From NCBI GenBank assembly GCA_016708435.1, contig JADJFV010000035.1:64001-128000 (forward strand): 64,000 nucleotides of DNA, read 5' to 3'. Position numbers and translations under genes: made by a program. The notes below the pieces were generated by a model that was not told where the DNA came from, made no database searches, and worked only from the letters and a program-made list of their open reading frames with translations. Positions 18,145 to 27,572 of the stretch are shown here, piece after piece (the first letter of the stretch is position 1; every line of letters begins with the position of its first letter). The DNA is from Leptospiraceae bacterium (lineage in GTDB: Bacteria > Spirochaetota > Leptospiria > Leptospirales > Leptospiraceae).

Positions 18145-18915
18145 TTAATACAACAGATGCTTCACAGTAGTTCCTTTGTTGATGAGTTGTTTAAGGGAAT
18201 CAATGCCAATCTTTATCTGTAAGTCCACATAATCCTTAGTAACCTCATTGTCGCTTTGTTCGGTTTTAATTCCGTCGGGTTCCATTGGTTGATCGGATAC
18301 GAGTAGTAGTGCGCCGGCTGGTATTTCGTTGTAGAAGGCAGTTGAGAAGATGGTTGCTGTTTCCATATCAATTGCCATGGCGCGAATTTTTTTAAGGTAG
18401 TTTTTAAATTCAGAATCCCATTCCCATACTCTTCTATTTGTTGTGTAGACCGTTCCTGTCCAATAGTCCTGGTTGTAGTCTCGAATTGTTGTAGATATCG
18501 CTTTTTGTAAGGCGAATGCGGGAAGGGAAGGGACTTCGGGGGGATAATAGTCATTTGACGTTCCTTCTCCTCTTATTGCCGCAATAGGAAGAATGAAATC
18601 ACCTAGATCGTTTTTCTTCTTTAAACCTCCGCATTTTCCTAAGAATAAACAGGCTTGTGGTTTGATGGCACTGAGACAATCCATGATCGTTGCGGCATTG
18701 GGACTACCCATTCCGAAGTTAATAATCGTTATCCCCTCAGAAGTAGCACTTCGCATCGGTCTATTCAAGCCATCTACTTTTACATTATGCCAGTCTGCAA
18801 ATTTCTGAACATAATTATCAAAGTTCGTCAGTAGTATATAACTTCCAAAGGCATCGAGTGTAACACCCGTATACCGCGGAAGCCAGCTTTCAACGATTTC
18901 TTTCTTTGTCTTCAT
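18145..18915 (-). CDS. amn: AMP nucleosidase (PNP_UDP_1 family catalytic domain)
   Basis: INFGMGSPNAATIMDCLSAIKPQACLFLGKCGGL...GDFILPIAA matches the Amn catalytic core pattern. The start is taken at MKTKK. The upstream extension in the ORF track reads into a low-complexity repeat. Confidence 0.75.
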   Translation of the reverse strand: MKTKKEIVESWLPRYTGVTLDAFGSYILLTNFDNYVQKFADWHNVKVDGLNRPMRSATSEGITIINFGMGSPNAATIMDCLSAIKPQACLFLGKCGGLKKKNDLGDFILPIAAIRGEGTSNDYYPPEVPSLPAFALQKAISTTIRDYNQDYWTGTVYTTNRRVWEWDSEFKNYLKKIRAMAIDMETATIFSTAFYNEIPAGALLLVSDQPMEPDGIKTEQSDNEVTKDYVDLQIKIGIDSLKQLINKGTTVKHLLY

Positions 18916-18927
18916 AGTAAGTTCCTT

Positions 18928-19262
18928 TTGCCACAGAGGGGCAGAGGGGCGGGGGGCCAAAAATAATTATTTTTTTTTATTATTAATAAAAGGAGGGTGG
19001 ATGATATTAAAAAACCCCCCCTCTCTTTCTTTTTTTTTTTAATAAAACCAAAAAAAAAAAAACAAAAAAAAAAAACCCCCTGCCACAGGGGCCCAGGGGC
19101 AAAGGGGCCCAGAGTAAAATTTTTTTTTCCCATTTTTTAATAAAGGCGGGGTGGAAATTAAAAAAAAAACCTTTTCTTCCCTTTTTATTTAATTAATAAA
19201 CTAAAAAAAAAAACAAAAAAAAAAAAATCAAAATATCCTCTCGGTGCGCCTCTGTGGCGGTC
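18928..19262. repeat. Expanded copy of the CACAGAG terminal-inverted-repeat element, with a homopolymer-rich low-complexity interior
   Basis: The left end is TTGCCACAGAGGGGCAGAGG. The right end is CTCTCGGTGCGCCTCTGTGGCGG. The interior is made of A, T, C and G homopolymer runs with an internal ~120-bp tandem duplication. Confidence 0.55.
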
Positions 19263-19267
19263 CCTGT

Positions 19268-19986
19268 TTACTGCGAAGTTTTAACGTAAGGTGCGATGAG
19301 TGATTGGACATGTCCAGCTAATGTCTTGCTATCCATTGTTTTGATTGTATCTACTGTGACAGGAGGAAGGATTGTAATTGTGACATCGGCTGGTTTCATG
19401 ATTCCGTTATTCTTTTCCAGTATATCTGCTGTTCCATCGATTGCGATTGGAACGATAGGCACCATAGCATCCATTGCCAGTCTCACACTTCCTGGTTTAA
19501 AGCTTTGAACCGGTCCACCTTTACTTCTTGTGCCTTCGGGGAAGATAACAAGAGAATGCCCCTGCTTGAGAACTTCTACTCCAGTCCCAATTGCCTCTGC
19601 TGATTTTGCACGATTTGATCTATCCATAAAAACACAATTCATCACTCGCATCCAAGCGCCTACAATTGGAATTTTTAATACTTCTACTTTTGAAATAAAC
19701 CCAAATGGTTTAGGAACAAATCCAATGAGCACAGGAATATCAAAACTTCCCTGGTGATTGGCTACTATTACGACTGCTCCTTTCGGAAGGTTCTCAGCGC
19801 CAACTACTGTTATCCGCCCACCTACAATATTAACTAAACCTTTAGCCCATTTGCGGGGAGTTTTATTTTTCTCCCAATCTGTTTCTTCTACTGTCGCTAA
19901 ATTTACTCTGCTTGCAATCCATCTCTCTATGAAACTCGCAAACCCTCGTATAAAAAAATACAAATAAAATCCAATTGTTCTAAACA
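19268..19986 (-). CDS. plsC: 1-acyl-sn-glycerol-3-phosphate acyltransferase
   Basis: The HX4D motif is VANHQGSFD. FPEGTRS is also present. The start is taken at MFRTIGFYLYFF. The upstream extension (PQCLCGK) is a translation of the repeat. Confidence 0.75.
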
Positions 19987-20006
19987 TGAAAACTCCTTTA
20001 GGAATT

Positions 20007-20141
20007 TTGCCACAGAGACACTGAGGCACAGAGATATTTATTTTCATCTCTGCTTTGGGAACGATATTTATTATAACTCATTTGTAAACATAATTTCCGA
20101 ACATTTACTTTCTTCTCTGCGACTCTGTGTCTCCGTGGCAA
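20007..20141. repeat. CACAGAG TIR element copy A (TTGCCACAGAGACACTGAGGCACAGAG ... CTCTGCGACTCTGTGTCTCCGTGGCAA)
   Basis: It has 27-bp terminal inverted repeats flanking an ~80-bp AT-rich core. Confidence 0.7.
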
Positions 20142-20147
20142 TCTTAC

Positions 20148-20543
20148 TCAACTCATCTCTTGCTCTAATATCTTTCTGAATTCACTAGGAATAGAAAGCT
20201 TTGTATCAAGCCGATAGTCGTAATAGACTTGCACAGTCTTTGCTTTTGCATAGATAATTTTTGTTTTTGGGTTAATAATATTTGCCGCAAAGTCCCAGGA
20301 AGTAGTTCCAACTCTTGAAACCCATGTGTGCACATCTGCTTCTTCCCCCGGCCGTAGTGAATTTAAAATATCTAGCTCTACTCTGACTAGAACAAAAGGA
20401 ATATCCTGTAAAGTCTTGATAGAAATATATTTTTTGCAAAAGTCTAATCTTCCAAGTTCTAAGTAAGAACTGTATACAGAGTTATTGACTCTCTGCATTG
20501 GATCCATATCACTAAATCGAATTTGTATTGGTGTAATTATCAT
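20148..20543 (-). CDS. Acyl-CoA thioesterase, hotdog fold (YbgC/4HBT-like)
   Basis: 131 aa. The N-terminal IRFSDMDPMQRVNNSVYSSY is typical of 4HBT thioesterases. Confidence 0.65.
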   Translation of the reverse strand: MIITPIQIRFSDMDPMQRVNNSVYSSYLELGRLDFCKKYISIKTLQDIPFVLVRVELDILNSLRPGEEADVHTWVSRVGTTSWDFAANIINPKTKIIYAKAKTVQVYYDYRLDTKLSIPSEFRKILEQEMS

Positions 20544-21577
20544 ACGAAGTAAATTCTGTTCCGTCCATTTTCTTTGGCTTTGTATAAGAGTTCATCGGAG
20601 CGTTTGAGCATAGTATCAGGTGAGTCTTGATCGGATAATGACGTGAAGCCTCCAGAAGTAGTTACTTGCCAGGGAACTCCACTGAAACTATGCGCCTCAA
20701 TTACTAAATCATTTGCCCGAACGGTTGATTGTATAATCTTTGCAATTTCTTTAAGCACATCATCTCCAGTCAAATGCCCTAGAGTGTCATTTATTTTTTT
20801 GAAATAATCTACATCCATGATTCCCTGACAGAATGGTTGTGATTTTTTTCTTGCGAGTAAAATATGGTGCACGAGTAAATCCATCATATAACGACGATTA
20901 AACACACCTGTCAATGGGTCTTTGACTGAGATGCTTTCTAAGATTGTGTTTTTTCTTCTGAGTTCTTCTTCTAAGTGAAATGTCTTTCGCCTTGCGTATT
21001 CGATTGTCAGAGTAGTCATAAATCCAACAAAGGAATACAAAAATATTTTTGTAATTGTAAGTCCATTTATTTTATCCATATGAAGTGTTGCCAAACACAG
21101 AGTAAACCCAATAACAATAAATAAATAAATGATTGCATAAAAAAGAATGCGAGTTCTAAGGATAAGAGGAATCGACATAGCTACAAAGGCAAACAACGAT
21201 AAGTCCTCTCCATGAAATAGATTTAGAATATTGATTGATAAAGCGCCAATGATAAAAATCGTAAAATACAATAAATAGATAAAGTGAACTTTCTTATGTT
21301 TTACATTTAGAAAATAAAATAGAATGGAAAATAATACAGTGGTTACAAGCAAACAACCATATACCGCTACATAGATTGAATAAGAAAAAGATTGTCTATC
21401 CACACTCGGATAAAAAATATGCTGCAATAAGAAGCTTAAGGATGCAATAAATACAACACCGGCAAATCGAGGAAAACGATTCCAATTTTTCATCGCATTG
21501 AACACGATGTATTTATCTCTCTGGATTCCTCCCAACTGAGACATTCTTCGCCTGTATGTATTTAGTAAGTATTTCAT
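20540..21577 (-). CDS. Membrane-anchored GGDEF-domain protein with a degenerate active site
   Basis: It has 6-7 N-terminal TM helices. The GGDEF fold markers are present (GVFNRRYM, GHLTGDDVLKEIA, ELLYKAKENGRNRIYFV). The GG(D/E)EF position reads HSFSG. Confidence 0.7.
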   Translation of the reverse strand: MKYLLNTYRRRMSQLGGIQRDKYIVFNAMKNWNRFPRFAGVVFIASLSFLLQHIFYPSVDRQSFSYSIYVAVYGCLLVTTVLFSILFYFLNVKHKKVHFIYLLYFTIFIIGALSINILNLFHGEDLSLFAFVAMSIPLILRTRILFYAIIYLFIVIGFTLCLATLHMDKINGLTITKIFLYSFVGFMTTLTIEYARRKTFHLEEELRRKNTILESISVKDPLTGVFNRRYMMDLLVHHILLARKKSQPFCQGIMDVDYFKKINDTLGHLTGDDVLKEIAKIIQSTVRANDLVIEAHSFSGVPWQVTTSGGFTSLSDQDSPDTMLKRSDELLYKAKENGRNRIYFV

Positions 21578-21612
21578 AATAAGACTTTTGCGCTGGCATT
21601 ATGCGATAAGAC

Positions 21613-22494
21613 TTAAAGTATAACTGCGTTTTTTGCAGTCATTAATTTTTTTTGAATTACGATTCCTGGATTGCCGAGTGCTTTTTTAAATTGCTTCTCT
21701 GAAAAGTTCGCAACGATTTCATAGCATTGCTTATAGAAGGCTTCCTGGTCGTCTAGATATCCTTTCCATACCTCGCGAGTGAATTCATGAGTGAGAAATT
21801 GTTTTCGCTTACGAGAGGAGCTTTGTCCTTCTGGACTTAAGAAACTCAACTGGTCGGAAATTTCCATTGGTGTAAATTTTAATTGAAGCAAAGCTTCTTC
21901 CATGAGTGCCATCTCTACATAGGAAATATAATCCGACAACTGATCCCAGAATTCGAATCCTGCACTTCCATAATTACTCAGGCAGTGAAAACTTGTGCAT
22001 ACGGAGCTACGTGATTTCCAGATTCCACAATTATTTCTTTTGCGATCGTAATAAGGACAAAGCCAATCTTCTCTATTTCCAAACTCATTGTCTTTTCGTT
22101 TTGCAAATTTAATCTGGTGGGGCATGGGTGCGACAATTCCAATCGGTAATGCGTATTCTCTATTCTTAATCTTTGCTTTTATTCGCTCTAATACTTCTTT
22201 CGGTGTAGTAGGGGTTAATAGGATTTGTCCGATGAGATAGTTTGTTTGAAAAGGATGAAAGGTGCAACATTTTAAATGAGCTTGGTATTTTCTATGGTCT
22301 GGACTTTTTCCGTTACTGAGTGCACAGTTATCGCAAGTGGCTTTTGTTTCTTTTATCGCAAAATCAAGAATAGCCTCTGGAAATAGTTTATGATAGATAG
22401 AAGGAAGTATATTTCTAATCACTAGCCATTGCCTCAGCTGCAATCCAAGAAGTTGTCCATGCATTTTGGAAATTAAATCCGCCTGTGATCCCAT
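21613..22494 (-). CDS. Cys-rich protein, possibly YkgJ/UPF0153 family (CxxCxxCC Zn/Fe-chelating domain)
   Basis: The segment is ATCDNCALSNG...KCCTFHPF, with further Cys clusters (CPYY...CGIWK...CTSFHC). The start is uncertain and overlaps the upstream gene. Confidence 0.4.
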   Translation of the reverse strand: MGSQADLISKMHGQLLGLQLRQWLVIRNILPSIYHKLFPEAILDFAIKETKATCDNCALSNGKSPDHRKYQAHLKCCTFHPFQTNYLIGQILLTPTTPKEVLERIKAKIKNREYALPIGIVAPMPHQIKFAKRKDNEFGNREDWLCPYYDRKRNNCGIWKSRSSVCTSFHCLSNYGSAGFEFWDQLSDYISYVEMALMEEALLQLKFTPMEISDQLSFLSPEGQSSSRKRKQFLTHEFTREVWKGYLDDQEAFYKQCYEIVANFSEKQFKKALGNPGIVIQKKLMTAKNAVIL

Positions 22495-23644
22495 CTATAT
22501 CAATCACTTCACCGGCAAAATACATACCGGAAATAATTCTGCTTTCCATTGTTCTAAAATCGATTTCTTTTCTATTGACTCCACCGCAAGTAACGAACTC
22601 TTCTTTGAAAATGGATTTACCGTCTACTTCGTATATACTGCTACATATTTCTTCTCTCAGTCGATTTAATTCTGCATTGGAAATTTCAGACCATCTTTTC
22701 TCAAGAGAGATATTTGCATTTCTTAAAAAAGATTCCCAGAGCCTAGATGCCAATCCAAATTGGGAATTCGCTGAAATCTTTTTAGCGGGGGATTCCTGTT
22801 TAATGGCTGTTATCCGTGAAATGAATTCTTCTCCTGTCACTTGCCCTAACCAATTTACTTTTACTTTTGCTTTGTAATCACAGTCTGCAAAGCTTTTCGC
22901 TTCCCAGGCAGAGAGTCGTAAGACAGCAGGACCACTGAGTCCCCAGTGGGTAATTAGGATTGGTCCCTGTTGTGGTTTTCCTTTTGGTAGTAGGCGAATT
23001 TCTCCATTGGGAACAGAGAGCCCCGGTAGATCTTTGATTCTTGAATCAGGAATATGCAAAGTGAATAAGGAAGGGACTGGTTTTTCGATTGTATGACCGA
23101 GGGAATCGAGCCATCCCCATACTTTTCTGTTTGAGCCTGTGGCTACTAGCAATTTGTCGAAGGTTTGGTTTTGTTCCTTTGAATCGACGAGGCAAAATTT
23201 CTTTTCTTTCTTTGTGTTATCAACGTAGATTGCAGTGATTGGATTCTCTAGACGAATTTCTACTCCTGCCTCGATTGCCTCTCTTGTGAGACAGTCAATG
23301 ATTGTAGAAGAAGTATTGGTAACAGGAAACATTCTTCCGTCTGCTTCTGCTTTTAATTTAACACCATGAGTTTCAAACCATTGGACTGTATCTCTTGGTT
23401 GAAATCGTTCAAAGGCTGCTCTTAGTTCTTTAGAGCCTCGCGGATACTTCTCGGAAAGTGCAACAGGGTCGTATAAGTTGTGGGTAACATTGCATCTACC
23501 ACCACCGGAAATTTTTACCTTTGCAAGTGGCTCATTTCCTTTCTCTAATAAAACAATATTGGCCTTTCCCTTCATTTGCTTAGCTATTTGGATTGCACCA
23601 AAATATCCAGCAGCCCCACCCCCTAGGATTCCAATTTGTTTCAT
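22415..23644 (-). CDS. HI0933-like NAD(P)/FAD-dependent oxidoreductase (BaiN/RdsA family flavoprotein)
   Basis: The N-terminal Rossmann motif is IGILGGGAAGYFGA. GGGRCNVTH is also present. 409 aa. Confidence 0.8.
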   Translation of the reverse strand: MKQIGILGGGAAGYFGAIQIAKQMKGKANIVLLEKGNEPLAKVKISGGGRCNVTHNLYDPVALSEKYPRGSKELRAAFERFQPRDTVQWFETHGVKLKAEADGRMFPVTNTSSTIIDCLTREAIEAGVEIRLENPITAIYVDNTKKEKKFCLVDSKEQNQTFDKLLVATGSNRKVWGWLDSLGHTIEKPVPSLFTLHIPDSRIKDLPGLSVPNGEIRLLPKGKPQQGPILITHWGLSGPAVLRLSAWEAKSFADCDYKAKVKVNWLGQVTGEEFISRITAIKQESPAKKISANSQFGLASRLWESFLRNANISLEKRWSEISNAELNRLREEICSSIYEVDGKSIFKEEFVTCGGVNRKEIDFRTMESRIISGMYFAGEVIDIDGITGGFNFQNAWTTSWIAAEAMASD

Positions 23645-23698
23645 CTATTCCATGAACGGTCTTGTTATTCCTATGTCAAGTTAAGAGAGGTATTATTG

Positions 23699-23891
23699 CA
23701 ATGCTGTCAACTTAAGAATTGTTTCTGTCATTTCGAACATCGCTTGGCGGTAGGATTTGCGGCTAAGCAAATGGGTGGATGTGAGAAATCTATATGGCAA
23801 TACAACGATAGTATTAAGCTAGATAGACCTCTCACGATGAAGCAGTTCGAGGTGACAGGAGAAAAGCACTTTCCTTAAGTTGACAGCATTG
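23699..23891. repeat. Palindromic MITE-like element copy 2 (23725-23858, reverse orientation), nested within an outer 18-bp inverted repeat, CAATGCTGTCAACTTAAG / CTTAAGTTGACAGCATTG
   Basis: The termini are CTGTCATTTCGAAC ... GTTCGAGGTGACAG. The outer inverted repeat is perfect. Confidence 0.7.
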
Positions 23892-24022
23892 TCCATCTGT
23901 GGCAATCCGTTATCATTTTGGTTAGATGAGCGAGAGTTAGAATCAAATACTGAGAAATATCATGTTTTTTTTAAATTATATTTTCTGGTAAAAAAGGGGG
24001 GTTTTATATTTAAGCTAATAGT

Positions 24023-25114
24023 ATGATAGTAATGACGAAAAATTCAATTGATAAAATGACGAGTCTTCGTAATTTTTGGCAAGAAAATCGTTTCCAACTA
24101 GGGATACCCCTGATCGATATTCAGCATCTGTGGTTACTCTATATTATAACAACTTTAGAAGCATCTCTTTCTAATGCTGAGAGTTTAAGCGAGACCCTAA
24201 AAGATTCAATTGTAGGAATCATTGATTATATAACAGAGCATTTTAGCTTAGAAGAAGAAATCCTAAAAGAGTTTAAGTATCCCGGATTTGAAGAGCATGT
24301 AAAGCATCATAGACAGTTCGTGGATACGCTCCAAGATAAGCATGACTTAGCGAATACGAATGAGTTAGCCGCTCTAGGTCTTTTGAACATGTTACAGAAA
24401 TGGTTGTTTCAGCATATTTTGAAAGACGATAGGATGTATGTAGATTTTTTCAAAAGAAATTCAATTGATGTAAAACCGTTCTGTCAAGAAATTCTAATTA
24501 AGAAAAAATACAATATCACCAAGAAGCAAGGAGATGTGTATAAAGAAATTTGTAACTTTAGACAAACGGAAATTGAAGAAGTCATCAGTGAGAATATGGT
24601 GGAAGACATTCTGCATATTTGGAAATCTCACAATCTATCTCTTAATCTCCCTCTAATCGACTTACAACATATTTGGCTTCTTAAGATGGTAATCCAATTA
24701 GATAAAGCTGTTAAGACTATGGGGACGACCAAAAAAGGCGAGGTGTTTAACCAAGTTATCGAAGAAGCAGTTGAATATACCGTTAAGCATTTTACTCTCG
24801 AAGAGCGAATCATGAAAGAGTTTCGCTATCCAGAAATTCTAAATCATTTTCATCAACATGAATCTTTTGTTGGTTTCATCAAGCAAAGAAGAAAAGAAAA
24901 TGAATCAGGCGATAGCATGGCAGCATTTCACCTAACGCAAGATCTAAAGACATGGCTTCTATCGCATATCGCACACGAAGATAAGAAACTAGCATTATTT
25001 CTAAAAGATAAAATGAAAGAAGTAAATGAATTTACCCGACATCTTCAACACAAAGGGGAGGTTGCAATTGACCCCGGACAAAGGAACTTCTACAAAAAAA
25101 TCACAAGAGAATAA
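24023..25114 (+). CDS. Hemerythrin-like metal-binding protein with two tandem bacteriohemerythrin domains
   Basis: Two H-HxxxE-type repeats are present: HFSLEEEILKEFKYPGFEEHVKHHRQF and HFTLEERIMKEFRYPEILNHFHQHESF. Confidence 0.65.
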   Translation: MIVMTKNSIDKMTSLRNFWQENRFQLGIPLIDIQHLWLLYIITTLEASLSNAESLSETLKDSIVGIIDYITEHFSLEEEILKEFKYPGFEEHVKHHRQFVDTLQDKHDLANTNELAALGLLNMLQKWLFQHILKDDRMYVDFFKRNSIDVKPFCQEILIKKKYNITKKQGDVYKEICNFRQTEIEEVISENMVEDILHIWKSHNLSLNLPLIDLQHIWLLKMVIQLDKAVKTMGTTKKGEVFNQVIEEAVEYTVKHFTLEERIMKEFRYPEILNHFHQHESFVGFIKQRRKENESGDSMAAFHLTQDLKTWLLSHIAHEDKKLALFLKDKMKEVNEFTRHLQHKGEVAIDPGQRNFYKKITRE

Positions 25115-25134
25115 TGGCTGCTTCGTAGACTTGT

Positions 25135-25342
25135 TTGCCACAGAGTCACGGAGGCACAGAGGGGTTTTAGGAGAGCCTAATTCATATTATCCTAATTATT
25201 TTCGTGATTCGGGTTTGTGTCTATGATACTTAGATGAAAATCATTTAATTCAAAGCTTTCATAAGCTCTCTTTAAATTGATGCATACGAATTTAAAAATA
25301 ACCAAACAAAAAACTCCGTGTCTCTGTGCCTCTGTGGCAAAT
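25135..25342. repeat. CACAGAG TIR element copy B
   Basis: The left end is TTGCCACAGAGTCACGGAGGCACAGAG. The right end is CTCCGTGTCTCTGTGCCTCTGTGGCAA. Confidence 0.7.
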
Positions 25343-25348
25343 AATCTT

Positions 25349-26098
25349 TTATAGTATATTCCACTCAGTGCAGTATTTTCTGAATAGGTCAAAGCCGGAG
25401 AGGTCAATAGGCGTTATCCGGTAATGCAATTCTTTTTTTAAATAAGAATTTAACATATCAACAGTAAATCTTTTTTCGCTAGAAATAATTTCTTCTAGAT
25501 GCTCTATTCCATAATCTAGCGAATCCAAAAAGAACGAATCAGAAAAACTCGCTCCTTTAGGAAATGCCCAGAAAGCAAATACAAAAGAAAGATTTGTTTC
25601 TTTGTGCCACCACTCTGCTAAATCAAAAACTTCATAGGTAGAAGAATCCCAGGTAGCAAGGAGTGCATTGTCTCCAAAGAGCAAATGGGAATTATGCGCG
25701 TTTTGTATATTTTCTAGAATTAGACTTGGATCTGTGGGGATTACTTCGATTAGTCTTCCAGTCTCTTTTTTGAGTAGGGTCTGTAATAGTGCTACACTAC
25801 TACGAGAACCTGCATCTGTATAAATTCTATCCGGCGGAAAGGACTCCTTTTTATTTTTGAAAAACAAAATAGATCGAACCTTCTCTTTCGCGCATACTCC
25901 GCAGGCAGTTGAATAGGATAATACTGATTCGTTTCGAATGCACTCTACAGAAGAAATAAGTGCCGTGTCAAGCTCGCCCTTTAGTAACATATCTTTTAGC
26001 ACAGAAGGATTTTCAAATACAAGCTCATGCGATCCCGTCTTCTCAAATCCGTAAGTAAGCGGTCTCGCGTTTAGATGCTTTACAATTCCTATTTTCAT
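25349..26098 (-). CDS. MqnA/MqnD-family protein (futalosine-pathway menaquinone biosynthesis; chorismate dehydratase-like)
   Basis: The N-terminal MKIGIVKHLNARPLTYG resembles the MqnA signature. The periplasmic-binding-protein-like fold length is 249 aa. Confidence 0.55.
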   Translation of the reverse strand: MKIGIVKHLNARPLTYGFEKTGSHELVFENPSVLKDMLLKGELDTALISSVECIRNESVLSYSTACGVCAKEKVRSILFFKNKKESFPPDRIYTDAGSRSSVALLQTLLKKETGRLIEVIPTDPSLILENIQNAHNSHLLFGDNALLATWDSSTYEVFDLAEWWHKETNLSFVFAFWAFPKGASFSDSFFLDSLDYGIEHLEEIISSEKRFTVDMLNSYLKKELHYRITPIDLSGFDLFRKYCTEWNIL

Positions 26099-26272
26099 CT
26101 TATCGCAATGATTATGGGGCGAGGGTTTTGGGGAATTAAAATTTTTTGGGAGGAGTTATGGGCTTTCTGGTTCTATTAGACAATGGAGTTCGATTATTCT
26201 GTGATTTCTTATCTTCTGAATAGGTTAATGCAATTTGGAGAACTGGCAATTGTATCATACCACCCTTTATCC

Positions 26273-26318
26273 AGCCTTCGGTCTGCCTTCGATCAGCGTT
26301 CGATTAGCCTTCGATCAG
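26273..26318. repeat. Short tandem repeat, ~11 bp x4 (CCTTCGATCAG-like)
   Basis: The four units are AGCCTTCGGTCTG, CCTTCGATCAG, CGTTCGATTAG and CCTTCGATCAG. Confidence 0.6.
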
Positions 26319-26484
26319 ACAATGATAAAAAACGAAAGCAAACCGCACGGTTTAGGAGTGTAAGTCAATCTTTTGAATACGGTAATCCTATCCTATTACA
26401 ACGAATCCATAACCTTTTGATGCAGGAAGTATAGGGGTTGTGTAAAGGCATGATTTTCTCACACTTCATGATCAGTATAAATGC

Positions 26485-26616
26485 GCCGCACACAGAAAAG
26501 AGTCAATAGCCCTATCGAGATCAATCCTCTTTGTGAACTCTGTGCACTCTGTGAGAAATATGAATAGGAATAAAGTTGGCACAGACTCATAAACAACCTC
26601 AGTGCCTCGGTGGCAA
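26485..26616. repeat. Degenerate CACAGAG element copy C
   Basis: The right end is CCTCAGTGCCTCGGTGGCAA. The interior has CTCTGTGCACTCTGTGAG. The left end is decayed. Confidence 0.45.
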
Positions 26617-26864
26617 ATTTCCTTAAAGGTACTTAAAACCCGTATAGCCTAATGGCTGTAAACCTCAGAATTTGGAGTACAAGCGGCTAATTGCTGTATG
26701 TACTAATCAAGCGTTATGCGTAATTGATGTTTAGTACAAGTAATGAAAATAAGGTTAAAATAAGATTTTTTTAGTTATAAAATAAAAAAATCCTTTAGCA
26801 TTTCCCAAAACGTACCGTTTACTTTAATGAAATCAATCCGACATAAATAAAAGCAGGCACAAAC

Positions 26865-27149
26865 TTGGAAAAAAAGCAACCTAACACACAACCTCTCAAT
26901 GTGGTTCCATCGCAAAAGACGAATGATCCGCAAGCAGTAAATCCTTCTCCTAATTTTAAAAAAATCCTTTCTAGGTATGTAAACTATCGCGGGATCGACA
27001 TCGTTCTTTATTTAAAAGATGGGACTGTTATTGAACTAGATAAGAATCGTAAGCTAGATGGGGATGTCGTGATTAAAAATGGCAAAGAAGGAATCGTTGC
27101 GAGAATTGAACTTTCTGATATCAGAAAGGCAGATTTCTTTGCTGCTTAA
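26865..27149 (+). CDS. Hypothetical protein of 94 aa, upstream of rpsU
   Basis: Only the ORF is seen. No family was recognised. Confidence 0.4.
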   Translation: MEKKQPNTQPLNVVPSQKTNDPQAVNPSPNFKKILSRYVNYRGIDIVLYLKDGTVIELDKNRKLDGDVVIKNGKEGIVARIELSDIRKADFFAA

Positions 27150-27275
27150 AAAAGCAATTCTAGACTCAAGAATCAAAAATATTTCTTGCCCTCTTATTAA
27201 TTTTTAAAATCGTAGTTATATTAGTATTTCCCTGCCTTCTCGGTTTAGGGAAATAAACGTTTAAAAGGAGATTAG

Positions 27276-27485
27276 ATGGTAGGAATCATTATTAAAGAGG
27301 GAGAATCCATAGAGGGAGCACTCAGAAGATTCAAAAGAGATTGTGCAAATGCAGGTATTTTAAGCGAAATCAAGAAAAGAGAACACTTCGAAAAGCCTAG
27401 CGTTATTAAGAAAAAAGCCATAGACACAGCTAGAAGAAAGCGTGACAAAAAGAAACGCATTTTCGCTAAAAAAGAAAAGATTTAA
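27276..27485 (+). CDS. rpsU: 30S ribosomal protein S21
   Basis: ALRRFKRDCANAGILSEIKKREHFEKPS matches the S21 consensus (ALRRFKRSCEKAG...RRREFYEKP). Confidence 0.9.
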   Translation: MVGIIIKEGESIEGALRRFKRDCANAGILSEIKKREHFEKPSVIKKKAIDTARRKRDKKKRIFAKKEKI

Positions 27486-27572
27486 TTAATCCCCAATAGG
27501 ACTGTGTAAGAAAATTTATTTTTACACACCCCCTAAGGTATCCCTTTATATTTCGAATCCATCGGTATAGCT

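Noticed and set aside
18912-19133. ORFs 18912-19133 (-) and 18593-18808 (+) encoding poly-F/poly-K peptides
   Set aside because: They are translations of the homopolymer-rich low-complexity tract and of the antisense of amn. They are not genes.
19987-20047. The N-terminal extension MKINISVPQCLCGK on plsC, and the same PQCLCGK peptide at the start of ORF 31789-32631
   Set aside because: The shared peptide is the translation of the CACAGAG repeat (GTGCCTCAGTGTCTCTGTGGCAAA). The real starts are the internal Met codons after the repeat.
26273-26318. Possible CRISPR-like array
   Set aside because: The units are 11 bp with no spacers, there are only 4 of them, and they are degenerate. This is a simple tandem repeat.
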